A model generated the notes under the pieces. That model was not told the DNA's origin. It saw only the letters and a program-made list of their open reading frames with translations, and searched no databases. The translations under genes and the position numbers were made by a program. A DNA stretch of 47,167 nt from Phycisphaerae bacterium. GTDB lineage: Bacteria > Planctomycetota > Phycisphaerae > UBA1845 > Fen-1342. Below are positions 10,701-19,383 of the stretch, piece by piece. The stretch covers positions 1-47,167 of the forward strand of contig CAXXWX010000014.1 in the NCBI GenBank assembly GCA_963675745.2. The letters are read 5' to 3'. Positions within the stretch are counted from its first letter, which is position 1, and every line of letters starts with the position of its first letter.

Positions 10701-10919
10701 GGCGACGGCTTCGACTATCTCTACGGCGACTACCGCCTGGCCCACTACACCGCCACGCAGGTCAGCAACACCGTCATCATCGAAGTCGCCGAAATAGAAG
10801 GCCAAATGCCGACGCCAACCCGTACGGTAAACATAGAAGTAATCACCGACACCGGCACATTCACCGGCAGCGGCCCCGACGCCGACACCGGTGTGATTGC
10901 GGTAGTTACGCTGCCGTAG
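7767..10919 (+). CDS. Secreted GH31 alpha-glucosidase with N-terminal starch-binding CBM (CBM25/53-like) and internal dockerin-like domain
   Basis: Signal peptide. CBM VYMHYGFNEW...VFNDGDDWDNNDGADW. EF-hand pair ADLDEDCDVDAGD/ADFESDNDVDMPD. GH31 motifs LYQSHPW, PPRWALGYQQSR, WNDMNEP (nucleophile), WTGDN (acid/base) and KEPWSFG. Confidence 0.9.
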   Translation: MPHTACTRSFAVAVFALLLAASPALHGNTVDVSPYPIAGGQPVTIQYDPAGRVLESAGQVYMHYGFNEWSPVINPDPAMSWNAAESVWQATVDVPLSAYQLDVVFNDGDDWDNNDGADWHLIVIGGQQWVVDGQLDDDATLIAQNNGNELYAGVRGTVLYVAAPGASGGNDHFIFLAGSPGGMVSAPWGKDGTVAGWSAYIGNEVDNGWAGWFDDSGGMEVATGSWLEATIDLDAEFGAVPEEIYLAFAPYPTSEDTSLQYHLQVPASVNNNGNVDAAEYALVDIGAILVGCSPADLDEDCDVDAGDLLAFAGCMLGPDLPSCDDADFESDNDVDMPDFAIFQIAMGGGSLPGAVVAEDLGVDVTRYYPEGVVLAELPPSMSMDIEPVVLGPAPEPWTVQPYFFESGSRHGVLIPVDDGTDLYGTGEVCGSLLRNGHTTEAWNTDAYGYGPGNPSLYQSHPWVLAVRPDGTAFGVLADTTYRCRMDLTLDIIFAAEGPEYPIYVFDGDTPQEVLIRLADFIGRMELPPRWALGYQQSRHSYAPESTARYIANQFRTRDIPCDVIWLDINYMDGYRIFTFDPSGFPNPLSFNDDLHALGYRTVWMIDPGVKVESGYFVDDQGSAGDHWIYDAGGSWYTGEVWPGQCHFPDYTRPETRAWWAGLYTNYMAQGVDGVWNDMNEPGIFDGPGHSMPVDCQHRGGGGLPAGPHAQYHNVYGRLMAEASRDGILTANPDKRPFVLSRANFIGGHRYAAMWTGDNVANWSHLYYSTPMTLNMGLSGQPFAGPDLGGYADDGSSDLYARWMGVGVFMPFCRAHADDQGIDKEPWSFGSTVEDICRTAIERRYRLMPYLYTVFQESSATGLPVARPVFFADPSDVSLRDEDIAFMLGADVLVVPNVSENPGSAPTPALPAGTWRTISLVGENSAAEVNQPDVRVRDGAIVPLGPVMEYTDEAPLDPLTLVVSLDQSGLAEGWLYEDDGDGFDYLYGDYRLAHYTATQVSNTVIIEVAEIEGQMPTPTRTVNIEVITDTGTFTGSGPDADTGVIAVVTLP

Positions 10920-11084
10920 TGCACCGCGCAGGAAAGTAACGTCCGATGCCCCAATCGGACTCGCCCGGCGGTAGAGTATCCGCTTTGACCGCAACCGCGG
11001 CGCTGGTAAGGTAGCGGCCGCCGTTAGAGGGCGATTCACCCAGCCAATGCACCGTGTGAGACTTCGTGGACCCGATCGGGGAGG

Positions 11085-11804
11085 TTGTCAGTGAAGGAAT
11101 CTGTCAGGCTGGCCGCAGGCATCGGAATGGGGCTGGTGATTTACTTTGTGGGGCTGTATGTGGTGCCGGGCTTCGGGCCGCTGCGGGCTCTCACGAGCAA
11201 GACGATCATCTCCAGCGGCGAGATCACGCAGGCGGTTTATCTCGTTGTCTCCATGACCCTCATGCTGATCCTCACGCGCGGACGCCTTGGCCGATACGGC
11301 TTTCGATGGCCGGCACTGAAGCCGACCCTGTTGGCCATCCTCACGGCGGCCGTGCTGCAGGTGCTGCTGTTGGTTGTCATGATGGTCTCGGTGAGCATGT
11401 TCGGTCCGCCGATGATGACCGGTCGGCTGGTCGGGCAAATGGCCACATCCATCCCGCGGACCATCCTCGCGGTCTGGCTGATCGCGAGCACCTGCGAGGA
11501 GCTGTTCTACCGCGGTCTGCTTTACGGTTTCATGGAGCCGCTGAAGTCGCGCGGCGTCAGCGTCGGCGGGCTGTATATCAGTCTGCCGGTGGCAGTTTGC
11601 GCACTCATGTTCGGACTGGGACATCTGTGCGTGATGTCATTCATGCCGGGAGTCGTGGTGGCCAATATTGTTCTGGCCACAACCGTGTGTGGATTCGTCG
11701 CCGGGTACATCCGCGAACGCACGGGGAGCATTCTCCCGGCGATCCTCGTACACATGACGTTTAACGCCGTGGGCAGCTCAATCCCGTGGTTGATGAGGGG
11801 ATGA
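11085..11804 (+). CDS. CPBP/Abi (CAAX) family intramembrane metalloprotease
   Basis: Multiple TM helices with EELFYRG, FGLGH and TGSILPAILVHMTFN. Start may be the GTG at 11091. Confidence 0.88.
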   Translation: MSVKESVRLAAGIGMGLVIYFVGLYVVPGFGPLRALTSKTIISSGEITQAVYLVVSMTLMLILTRGRLGRYGFRWPALKPTLLAILTAAVLQVLLLVVMMVSVSMFGPPMMTGRLVGQMATSIPRTILAVWLIASTCEELFYRGLLYGFMEPLKSRGVSVGGLYISLPVAVCALMFGLGHLCVMSFMPGVVVANIVLATTVCGFVAGYIRERTGSILPAILVHMTFNAVGSSIPWLMRG

Positions 11805-11895
11805 GGGCGAACGTTAGGCGAACGATGCACGGAGCGAGTGAGCAGATCCACCCCAACGCTCCCGTCGAACACGCCGTGTGCGAACGCCCAGCAAT

Positions 11896-12309
11896 TCACG
11901 CGTCTGACTTGGCGATCTGCGCAACTGATTGCCTGATCAGCTCGCGCAGCGTTGGCAGGTCGATGTCCGCCAGGGTCTTGACATAAAGGCACGACTTGCC
12001 GGTCTTGTGCTTGCCGAGTTTCTTCAAGAGCGGTGCCGAGCCCGCCACTGCGCACATGAGATAAATCGACAGGTTCTGCTTGCGCGGCGAAAAGCCGGTC
12101 AAAAACCAGTCTCCCTCGCGCCCGCTGGCGTATTTGTAGTGGTAGCTGCCGAAGCCGACGATGCTGGGGCCCCACATCATCGGCTTTGCGCCGGTGATGT
12201 CCTTCATCATCTTTACCAGCGTCCGGCAGTCCGCCTGGCGTTTAGCGTCGAGGGCGCCAATAAACTCACTGACGCTCTCCCGCGTTTGCTTCGTCTTCAA
12301 TTCGGCCAT
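11896..12309 (-). CDS. DUF1801 (YdhG-like) domain protein
   Basis: PMMWGPSIVGFGSYHYKYASGREGDWF.TGFSPRK and LGKHKTGKSCLY.K.LADID. Confidence 0.88.
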   Translation of the reverse strand: MAELKTKQTRESVSEFIGALDAKRQADCRTLVKMMKDITGAKPMMWGPSIVGFGSYHYKYASGREGDWFLTGFSPRKQNLSIYLMCAVAGSAPLLKKLGKHKTGKSCLYVKTLADIDLPTLRELIRQSVAQIAKSDA

Positions 12310-12369
12310 CGAATTAACGCCTCCGTCGCGCGATTATCTCTAAATGGGAGCACTCTCGGCAGCGGTCGA

Positions 12370-12437
12370 GTGTGCCACTGCTCTCGAGCAGTGCGCTTGC
12401 AACATGGTCTTCGCTACTCACAAAGCCGTGGTACACC
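12370..12437. repeat. REP/REPIN, GTGTGCCACTGCTC..GAGCAGTG family
   Basis: GTGTGCCACTGCTCTCGAGCAGTGCG (12370-12395) faces a degenerate inverted copy at 12423-12437. Same family at 19384-19450 and 42947-43218. Confidence 0.75.
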
Positions 12438-12454
12438 TCTCTTGATCAGTCGGT

Positions 12455-13012
12455 CTATGACCACAGCCAGGCAAATGTTCCGGCGGTGACCAGACCGTAT
12501 ACGACGCCGTCGAAGATGAACTTGAGCGTCGTGCTCCAGGGAACGCCCTTCCAGATCGAGTTGGGGATTGCACTCGAAGCATAGGCCAAAACGGCGACGG
12601 TGCCGGTGATGCGGAACACGTGCAGGTACGCCGCTTCGGGGCTCAGCGCGAGGGCGGCGATGTAGCCCGTGAAAACGCTGATCAGAAGCGAGTACGCGAA
12701 CCACTGCGCGAGACTTTTACCCATCGTCCATGGACCGCTGGGCAGCACCGTCAGAAAGCCCACCGGGCCTTGCACGAACCTCTCATTCATCTCCGGCGAG
12801 CCCATGTCCTTCATGCAGTCGGCAAACGGAAACATGTATTCGCCGCGTTGTACACCTTGTGAGCGCATTTCGGCCAGCACTTTTTCCTCACCGGGCAGTT
12901 TGGCGAAGTCACCCCGGTGAATGGGCACAAACATGTGCAGCACAGCGCTGACCAGAAAGACCAACACCGCCGACAGCAGGATCGGAAGCCACAAATCAAC
13001 CAGGAATTCCAT
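12455..13012 (-). CDS. Conserved hypothetical membrane protein (about 4 TM)
   Basis: ATG 13012 with AGGAGG RBS. MEFLVDLWLPILLSAVLVFLVS..., hydrophobic helices, GEYMFP and C-terminal DGVVYGLVTAGTFAWLW. Confidence 0.8.
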   Translation of the reverse strand: MEFLVDLWLPILLSAVLVFLVSAVLHMFVPIHRGDFAKLPGEEKVLAEMRSQGVQRGEYMFPFADCMKDMGSPEMNERFVQGPVGFLTVLPSGPWTMGKSLAQWFAYSLLISVFTGYIAALALSPEAAYLHVFRITGTVAVLAYASSAIPNSIWKGVPWSTTLKFIFDGVVYGLVTAGTFAWLWS

Positions 13013-13171
13013 TAAACACCTCCTACGCCGTTGTCTGCCACCAGAGCAGATCACGTTTGCCGGTAGCGTCCGACCCCCGAGTCGGACGTTTTTGCGAGCC
13101 TGCGCTCTCTCCGGGCCACGGCCGACTCGGGGATCGGCCGCTACGCTCCAAGGTAAGGTGTTCCAGGCGCC

Positions 13172-13384
13172 TAGTACTACTCGGTGTCGCGCCTTTCCCG
13201 ACCTCAGGTGCTCCAATGTCGCATCGACCGCGCTCAGCGGGAACAGCTCACAATGCAGCGCGGTTGCGTGTCGCGCGCAAAAGTCCAGCATTCGGGCGCT
13301 CGTCGCGGGGCTGCCCCACGGCGAACCGGAGATCTGCTGCTGTCCGCCAGTCAACGGGAACACCACCGCTTGGACCGGCTCCAT
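13172..13384 (-). pseudogene. C-terminal remnant of a zinc-dependent NAD(P) alcohol/aldehyde dehydrogenase (Ahr/YjgB-like)
   Basis: ISGSPWGSPATSARMLDFCARH...ELFPLSAVDATLEHLRSGKARHRVVL matches the typical C-terminus of this family. The N-terminal catalytic part is absent. Confidence 0.65.
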
Positions 13385-13454
13385 ATTCGGCTCGTAGATT
13401 GTATGCGCGCGAATTACGGAAGTGCGCCGGCTTCGCTGATGACTCGACCGGGCC

Positions 13455-14732
13455 CTACTTCTTCGGCCAATCACGGGCGACCTGCTCCGCACGCCGCAGG
13501 GCTCGCAGCAGGTTGCCGCCCAGGATCTTCTGGATGTTGGCTTCGGAGTAGCCGCGGTTCAGCAGCTCCTGCGTGATGTATGGATAGCCGGAAACATCCT
13601 CGAGTTGTGCCGGCATTACGCGGGCGCCTTCGTAGTCGGCGCCGAGACCGACATGATCGATCCCCGCGACGCGCACTATGTGGTCGATATGGTCAACCAG
13701 CGTGTGAACCGTACCGGGAGGAATGGGGTGTTCTTTCCGCCACTGATCCCATGCCACCTTGAAGTCCTCAGCTTTGGGATACTTCCGATGGATGGCACGC
13801 TCCTCCTCGAAGTAATTAGCCATCACGTGGGCGCCGTGCGGATGAATGTAGCCGGAAAAGAACACGACCATCACCACGCCGTCGTTGCGCGCGATGGCGC
13901 GGAGAACGTCATCCGGCACGTTACGCGCGTGCGGCGCAACGCCATAGGCGCCGGAGTGTGACGCGATCACGGGGGCCTTGCTGACGCGCAGGGCATCGCG
14001 CATAGTCGCGGGTGATACGTGGGCCAGGTCTACGAGTATCCCGAGGCGGTTCATTTCCACCACAACCTTCTCGCCAAACTTCGACAGCCCGCCGCTGCGC
14101 GGCTCATCGGTGGCCGAGTCGGCCCAGTCGATGGTGACCGAATGCGTCAAACCTAGGTAGCGCGCGCCGAGCTCATGAAACCGCGCCAGGGGTTCGAGTG
14201 AGTTCTCGATCATGTGCCCGCCCTCGACGCCGATGAGGGCGGCGATCTTGCCTTCCTTGCGGATGCGGACCACATCGTCGGCGGACCGGGCCAGCTCGAA
14301 AGTGTCTGAGTAGCGCCGCACCATCTGGTGAATCAGCTCAAACTGCTCGAGAGCCTCCTGAAACGCCGTGCCTTCCTTGGCCGTCTCCGTCGGCACGAAC
14401 ACGACCCAGAATTGCGCGCCGACGCCGCCTTTCTTAAGTCGCGGAATATCAGTCTGCAACTCCGGGTGCGGCTGCGCGATATCCAGCTTGTCGAAGGATG
14501 AATCCGCCAATTGGCGAATCTGCCAGGGCAGGTCATTGTGACCGTCGATGACGATGGCGGCGCGGTGGATGCGCCAGCCCTCTTCCGTCATGACGATTGG
14601 CGGGCGCGGCGCCGGACCGCGGACTGATTTCGCGGCATCATCGTCCGGTTGGGCCAATACAGCGGACACCGCGCACAGGCTGATCAGCGTTGGCACGAAT
14701 ACGCACTTCAACGGGCTTTTGAGCCGGCACAT
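13455..14732 (-). CDS. Exported membrane dipeptidase (peptidase M19, renal dipeptidase family)
   Basis: IDGHNDLP, TDIPRL..GGVGAQFW, GVEGGH, YLGLTH, VDLAHVS, SHS, RNVPDD, DHIDH...VGLGADY, KILGGN. Signal peptide from ATG 14732. Confidence 0.92.
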   Translation of the reverse strand: MCRLKSPLKCVFVPTLISLCAVSAVLAQPDDDAAKSVRGPAPRPPIVMTEEGWRIHRAAIVIDGHNDLPWQIRQLADSSFDKLDIAQPHPELQTDIPRLKKGGVGAQFWVVFVPTETAKEGTAFQEALEQFELIHQMVRRYSDTFELARSADDVVRIRKEGKIAALIGVEGGHMIENSLEPLARFHELGARYLGLTHSVTIDWADSATDEPRSGGLSKFGEKVVVEMNRLGILVDLAHVSPATMRDALRVSKAPVIASHSGAYGVAPHARNVPDDVLRAIARNDGVVMVVFFSGYIHPHGAHVMANYFEEERAIHRKYPKAEDFKVAWDQWRKEHPIPPGTVHTLVDHIDHIVRVAGIDHVGLGADYEGARVMPAQLEDVSGYPYITQELLNRGYSEANIQKILGGNLLRALRRAEQVARDWPKK

Positions 14733-14939
14733 TTGCGTCTCCAGTGCGAAAACACTCAAGGCAGCAGGATCGCGCCGCTCGCGCGACACGGCGGTGTTCA
14801 GTATAGCCACTAGACGAGGTCATCCGCTTCCGGCGCGATCGGTTTTCGCGCGGCGGCGGGCGCATCTGTGGGAGCCGCGCGTTGTTCGGGATATACTCGC
14901 CACGGTACGTGGCCCTTTCGAGCTCAAGCGAGGCCCCCG

Positions 14940-16052
14940 ATGAAAACACGCAGCATTCGTCGAGTACACCTACATCCCTATTCCGCCCCACTGACGCAGC
15001 CTTTCCGCATTGCGATCGGCGAGTTGCGTGAGGCGCAGGGCGTTTTTGTCCGCCTGGAGACTGACGACGGTCTCGAAGGCCTGGGCGAAGCCGCCCCCCT
15101 GCCGGCAATCAATGACGAGACGCAGGGAACCTGCCTGGCCATCGGCAAGGAGCTCGGGAGAGTCCTGGTTGGCCGGGACCCGGTGTCGGTTGCAACGCGC
15201 GTGGCTGAGCTCGATGCCGCCATCCCACACAATCCCTGCATCAAGGCCGCCTTTGACATGGCCCTGTGGGATCTGCTGGGCAAGATCACCCAGCTCCCGG
15301 TTTACCGGTTGCTCGGCGGCGACTCCCGCGAAATAGAGACGGACGAGACCGTCAGCATCGCCCCGCTGGAGCAGATGCGGGAAGCGGCAGAGAGCGTGAG
15401 CCGGCGCGGCTACCGCGCGATCAAGCTCAAGGTCGGTGCGGCGTCGCTGGAAGACGACGTCGCGAAGGTCTCGGCAATCCGCGCAGCGGTCGGCGATGGC
15501 GTTCGCTTGCGCATTGACGCCAATCAGGCCTGGGATGTGCCGACCGCGATTGCGGCGCTGCGCGTGCTGGCCGAGTTCGGCGTTGAGTTTGTCGAACAGC
15601 CCGTCCACCGGGACAATCTCGAAGCGCTGCGCGCGGTTCGCCGCGCGTCGCCAATCCCCATCATGGCTGACGAGGCCGTCTTCAGCGCGCGCGATGCGCT
15701 GCGCGTGATTCACCAGGACGCCGCCGATTTCATCAACATAAAACTGATGAAGTGCGGCGGCATCACAGAGGCCGTGCGAATCGGCCATCTGGCCCGATCG
15801 GCGGGGATGCGTTGCATGGTTGGCTGCATGATCGAATCGCGCGTTGCGATCTCCGCCGGCGTACACTTTGCCGCCGCCGACCCAACCGTCGCATTCACCG
15901 ACCTCGACGGGCACCAGTTCTTCCAGAATGACCCCACGACGGGCGGTTTCCAGCAGCAGGATTGGAGGATCACGCTGACCGACGAACCCGGGCTAGGCAT
16001 CGACCTGCGGCCCGATTTCGCCAAGACACTCGAACGGGTATCGATCGATTGA
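14940..16052 (+). CDS. L-Ala-D/L-Glu epimerase (dipeptide epimerase, enolase superfamily)
   Basis: PFRIA, GLGEA, KLKVG, IDANQAW, EQP, ADEA, NIKLMKCGG, MVGCMIES and the DLDG signature. Confidence 0.9.
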   Translation: MKTRSIRRVHLHPYSAPLTQPFRIAIGELREAQGVFVRLETDDGLEGLGEAAPLPAINDETQGTCLAIGKELGRVLVGRDPVSVATRVAELDAAIPHNPCIKAAFDMALWDLLGKITQLPVYRLLGGDSREIETDETVSIAPLEQMREAAESVSRRGYRAIKLKVGAASLEDDVAKVSAIRAAVGDGVRLRIDANQAWDVPTAIAALRVLAEFGVEFVEQPVHRDNLEALRAVRRASPIPIMADEAVFSARDALRVIHQDAADFINIKLMKCGGITEAVRIGHLARSAGMRCMVGCMIESRVAISAGVHFAAADPTVAFTDLDGHQFFQNDPTTGGFQQQDWRITLTDEPGLGIDLRPDFAKTLERVSID

Positions 16053-16085
16053 CGCGCCTACGGTTCTGCTGCTGACCGAGTACGG

Positions 16086-16193
16086 CGGGTGCCCCACCCC
16101 TTGGGGTGGAGGACGGACCGGCTGGACATCGAAAGGCGACCGATCATTCCCCCACGGCAAGCCGTGGGGCACCCGCAAGCCGTGGGGCACCCG
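16086..16193. repeat. REPIN between convergent genes (GGGTGCCCCAC family)
   Basis: CGGGTGCCCCACCCCTTGGGGTGG faces CCCACGGCAAGCCGTGGGGCACCCG, followed by a tandem second CAAGCCGTGGGGCACCCG. Confidence 0.75.
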
Positions 16194-16212
16194 TACCGCC
16201 GGCGCCACACCA

Positions 16213-16722
16213 CTAAAGCTCCCTCAACATGTGGATGTCTTCGGGTTCGAGTATGTACAGCTCGCGGTGCACGAACGGTGTCGGATGGAAGCCCTGGCTC
16301 TTGTAGAACCCAACGGCTGACTCGGACGGCGTCGCCGATACGTACATGCGACGCGCGCCCCGGGCTCTTGCCAGCCGGATTGCCTCATCAACCAGCGCCG
16401 TCGCGATCCCCCGCCGGCGGTGACCACGGCTCATCCACAAGGCGGCCAATTGCGCGACATCGCCCGCCAGCTCGTACCGCACGGCGGCAAACCCGATCAA
16501 CCGGTCGCCATCGAAAGCGCCGAGCGCCGCTCCCCCGGTCTCCAGGGCCTGCCTGGCACCCTTGGCGCGCCTGCGCCAACCTTCCGGGTCAATGCGCGGG
16601 CGTTCCCACCGTTCGGCGGTTGCGGTAAGGCGACCGTCAATCCACTGGTAGACCACGTTCCCGCTCTCGGACAGATCAATCTCGCCGACGCGCTCGATCT
16701 CGTCGGCGGCCAAAATCCGCAT
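16213..16722 (-). CDS. GNAT family N-acetyltransferase
   Basis: GAFDGDRLIGFA, acetyl-CoA motif HRRRGIATAL, YVSATPSESAVGFYKSQGF. Start uncertain (ATG 16722 or slightly upstream). Confidence 0.85.
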   Translation of the reverse strand: MRILAADEIERVGEIDLSESGNVVYQWIDGRLTATAERWERPRIDPEGWRRRAKGARQALETGGAALGAFDGDRLIGFAAVRYELAGDVAQLAALWMSRGHRRRGIATALVDEAIRLARARGARRMYVSATPSESAVGFYKSQGFHPTPFVHRELYILEPEDIHMLREL

Positions 16723-16910
16723 GGTCCATTCGGGTTGCGGCGGCATGAGCGCATTCCCTGTATTCGTACTGACTTGCCCGCGTCTGGGTATTTTCCAGTT
16801 GTCCGCGCTGCGGGCGCGCCTATGCTCACTGTTGTACACACCTGACCGGTTCGGGCCGAGTCAGCACTATGCCATGATGACACAGCATCCAACGCGCCAG
16901 GAGGCCGAAC

Positions 16911-19133
16911 ATGCGCGCAACGACCATCGCCCTATTGGCTCTCTTCGCCCTCTGTACAACATCTGTTTTCGCCGTCAACCCGTCTGTCAACGAGCGCGGC
17001 GCACTTGTCCGCGTGGTCACGCAATGGAACGCGGGTTGCGACGGCAGCAAGCGCACCAGTTGGGACAACATGGTGCGGGCCTGGTACAACGACATCAAAG
17101 ATACGCGTTCCACACCCTGGGGCCACGGTTCAAACGCCTGGTGGGGCGACGGGTTTTACCAGAACGGGTCGATCGTCGACTCTCAATTCACCGACCCCAG
17201 CATCGTGACCTGGGGCCGCGACTATCAGGCCGACCATGTCGGCGAACCCGATGTGGCGATGATCGCGCTGCACGGCGGGAATGCCAGCGACGCCAGCCGG
17301 TGGATCGGCCTGGTGCGCGTCAACGAAGCCGGCTCGGGAAATTGCTGGGCCTTCCAGGGCCACATGGAGTTCGGCGACGACGATCTCGAATTTCTCCACC
17401 TCTCATCGTGCTTCAGCATGGACGAGGGCGACTGGTACCCGGACTGGGCCTCAACATTCAAGGGATTGCACCAGGTCAACGGGTTTGCCGGCATCATGTG
17501 GATCAGCACCGCCTACAACTGGCGTTACCGCGAGTTTTCAGATGACAACTACAACTGCCCCATGGCCCTCTCCTGGCTCGACAACCTCTACAAGAACAAG
17601 GCCGGCGGCACCGACATGTGTCCGGTCTCACGGGGCGTCGGAGTCGGCGGCAACGGGCAGAGCAACTGCTGGTCGCGGATGTACTCCGAACGCTACAACA
17701 ACGTCTGGTCAACCGACCCTGTCGACCCCACGTGGCACGGCGTCATTTACATCGCGGGATGCGATCCGAAGAGCCACGATCCGCTGCCGAATAATAAGAG
17801 CCCACTGCCGGCGGGCGGCTTCGACTATGAGGGTGACCCGTCGCTCGACCGCGGAGTCATGGACGTCGATGACTACCAGGTGTTGGTTGACGCGGCGCTG
17901 CCCCCCATCGACCCCAACATGTTCACCCCGCCGCCCGGCCCGGATTGGCTGAACGGTCTTTCGGTTGACCGCGTCGCCGTGGCACTAAACGACGCCCCCC
18001 CCGAGAACATCTTCGAGCAGGATCATCTCGTCGAGGGATATGACACCGCCGACACAAAGGTGTTCAAGATCGACAGGTTCAACGGGCGTGTGCGCTATAT
18101 CAACCGCTCACGCCTGTTCGACTGGGACCTTGATCCGCACACGGCGGTCGATCCCAACGTCGCCGAGGCTATGGTCGTGGCGGTGGCCGATCAGCTCGGC
18201 GTGCCGATGGCGGAATTCGATCAGGTCGTGGATGTGGCCACCGTCATGGGCGCGGACTACATGACAGCCAGCAAGAGCAGCACGCCGTTTTCGACACACG
18301 AAGCGGAGCGCATGGTCACAATGGGACGTATGGTCAACGGGTATCCGGTGTTCGAATCCTCTCTGCGGGCCTCGGTTTCCAACAACAGCGAAATCTCGCG
18401 CCTGCTGATCCGCTGGCCCCGGTTCCAGGTGCCGACCGGCTTGGCGCCACGCCTGCGTAGTGAAATCGTTAACGACATCACCGCGCAGATCTTTGACGCG
18501 GAATTCGGCGCGGCGATCGCGCTCGACATAAACCTGGTCTACGCGCGGTTCGGTGATGAGTTCCTGCCGGCGGCACATGTGCAGTTTGATGATCCCCAGT
18601 CGGGCGTCGAGCTAATCGTACCGCTGGCCGATACGGTTCCGGACGGTGATCTTGACGGTATTCCAGACGACCAGGACAACTGCCCGGACGCCTGGAACCA
18701 CTTCCAGGACGATGCGGATGGTGACCTGGTCGGCGATGCGTGTGACAACTGCCCGGGCACGCCGAACGCCGGCCAGGACGACATTGATGGGGACGGCATC
18801 GGCGATGCCTGCCAGGACGTCATCGGGGCTTGCGCTCTGCCGGACGGCAGTTGCGAACGCCTCACTCGAGACGAGTGCAACGTTGCCGCCGGTACGTATC
18901 AAGGCGATGGAACCGATTGCCCCAGCGACCCGGGCTTGCCAGGTGATGCAAACTGCGATGGTTGGGTCAATAACGGCGACATCGACGCGTTCGTACTGGC
19001 GCTGACCAACTACGATGGACCGGGCGGCTATCTCGATACCTATCAGCCCTGTGACAATGCCGACTTCAACGGCGATGGCACGCCCAACAACGGGGACATT
19101 GACGACTTCGTCCTGGCTCTGGGCGATATTTAG
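16911..19133 (+). CDS. Secreted multidomain protein: DUF6345-like/putative clan CD protease domain, TSP3 repeats, Cys-rich repeat, C-terminal dockerin-like domain
   Basis: GGAGG RBS and signal peptide ending VFA. IALHG (H121) and LHLSSC (C167). TSP3 repeats DGDLDGIPDDQDNCP/DADGDLVGDACDNCP. C-terminal GDANCDGWVNNGDID...ADFNGDGTPNNGDID. Confidence 0.75.
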   Translation: MRATTIALLALFALCTTSVFAVNPSVNERGALVRVVTQWNAGCDGSKRTSWDNMVRAWYNDIKDTRSTPWGHGSNAWWGDGFYQNGSIVDSQFTDPSIVTWGRDYQADHVGEPDVAMIALHGGNASDASRWIGLVRVNEAGSGNCWAFQGHMEFGDDDLEFLHLSSCFSMDEGDWYPDWASTFKGLHQVNGFAGIMWISTAYNWRYREFSDDNYNCPMALSWLDNLYKNKAGGTDMCPVSRGVGVGGNGQSNCWSRMYSERYNNVWSTDPVDPTWHGVIYIAGCDPKSHDPLPNNKSPLPAGGFDYEGDPSLDRGVMDVDDYQVLVDAALPPIDPNMFTPPPGPDWLNGLSVDRVAVALNDAPPENIFEQDHLVEGYDTADTKVFKIDRFNGRVRYINRSRLFDWDLDPHTAVDPNVAEAMVVAVADQLGVPMAEFDQVVDVATVMGADYMTASKSSTPFSTHEAERMVTMGRMVNGYPVFESSLRASVSNNSEISRLLIRWPRFQVPTGLAPRLRSEIVNDITAQIFDAEFGAAIALDINLVYARFGDEFLPAAHVQFDDPQSGVELIVPLADTVPDGDLDGIPDDQDNCPDAWNHFQDDADGDLVGDACDNCPGTPNAGQDDIDGDGIGDACQDVIGACALPDGSCERLTRDECNVAAGTYQGDGTDCPSDPGLPGDANCDGWVNNGDIDAFVLALTNYDGPGGYLDTYQPCDNADFNGDGTPNNGDIDDFVLALGDI

Positions 19134-19383
19134 CGGGTGACGATGCGCGCTGTCCGGGCGCGGCTGACTAGTGGGAGCCTTTCCAGCGAGGGTGGGCACG
19201 GCGGGGCCGGGCAGGTCTTCCGGCTCCGCCGCTTGTCTATCCTCAGCATCTGATCCGCGACCGATAACCTGCGGGTGTGCCCGCTGCCGTGCACTGAGCC
19301 GCGGCATCCTGTTGCGGTGTGCGCGTCCAATTTGCTACGATGGACTTTCTGGAGCGGTTGGGAGAGAGGTCTGTCACTTGGCA

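Noticed and set aside
11085..11804. Abortive-infection phage defence gene
   Set aside because: Abi here refers to the CPBP protease family. No defence-island or prophage context is visible.
19205..19330. Complete cobalamin riboswitch on the minus strand
   Set aside because: Only the 3' GAGCCGGAAGACCTGCC motif is present. Core upstream elements are missing and no downstream gene lies on that strand. Kept only as a structured-RNA candidate.
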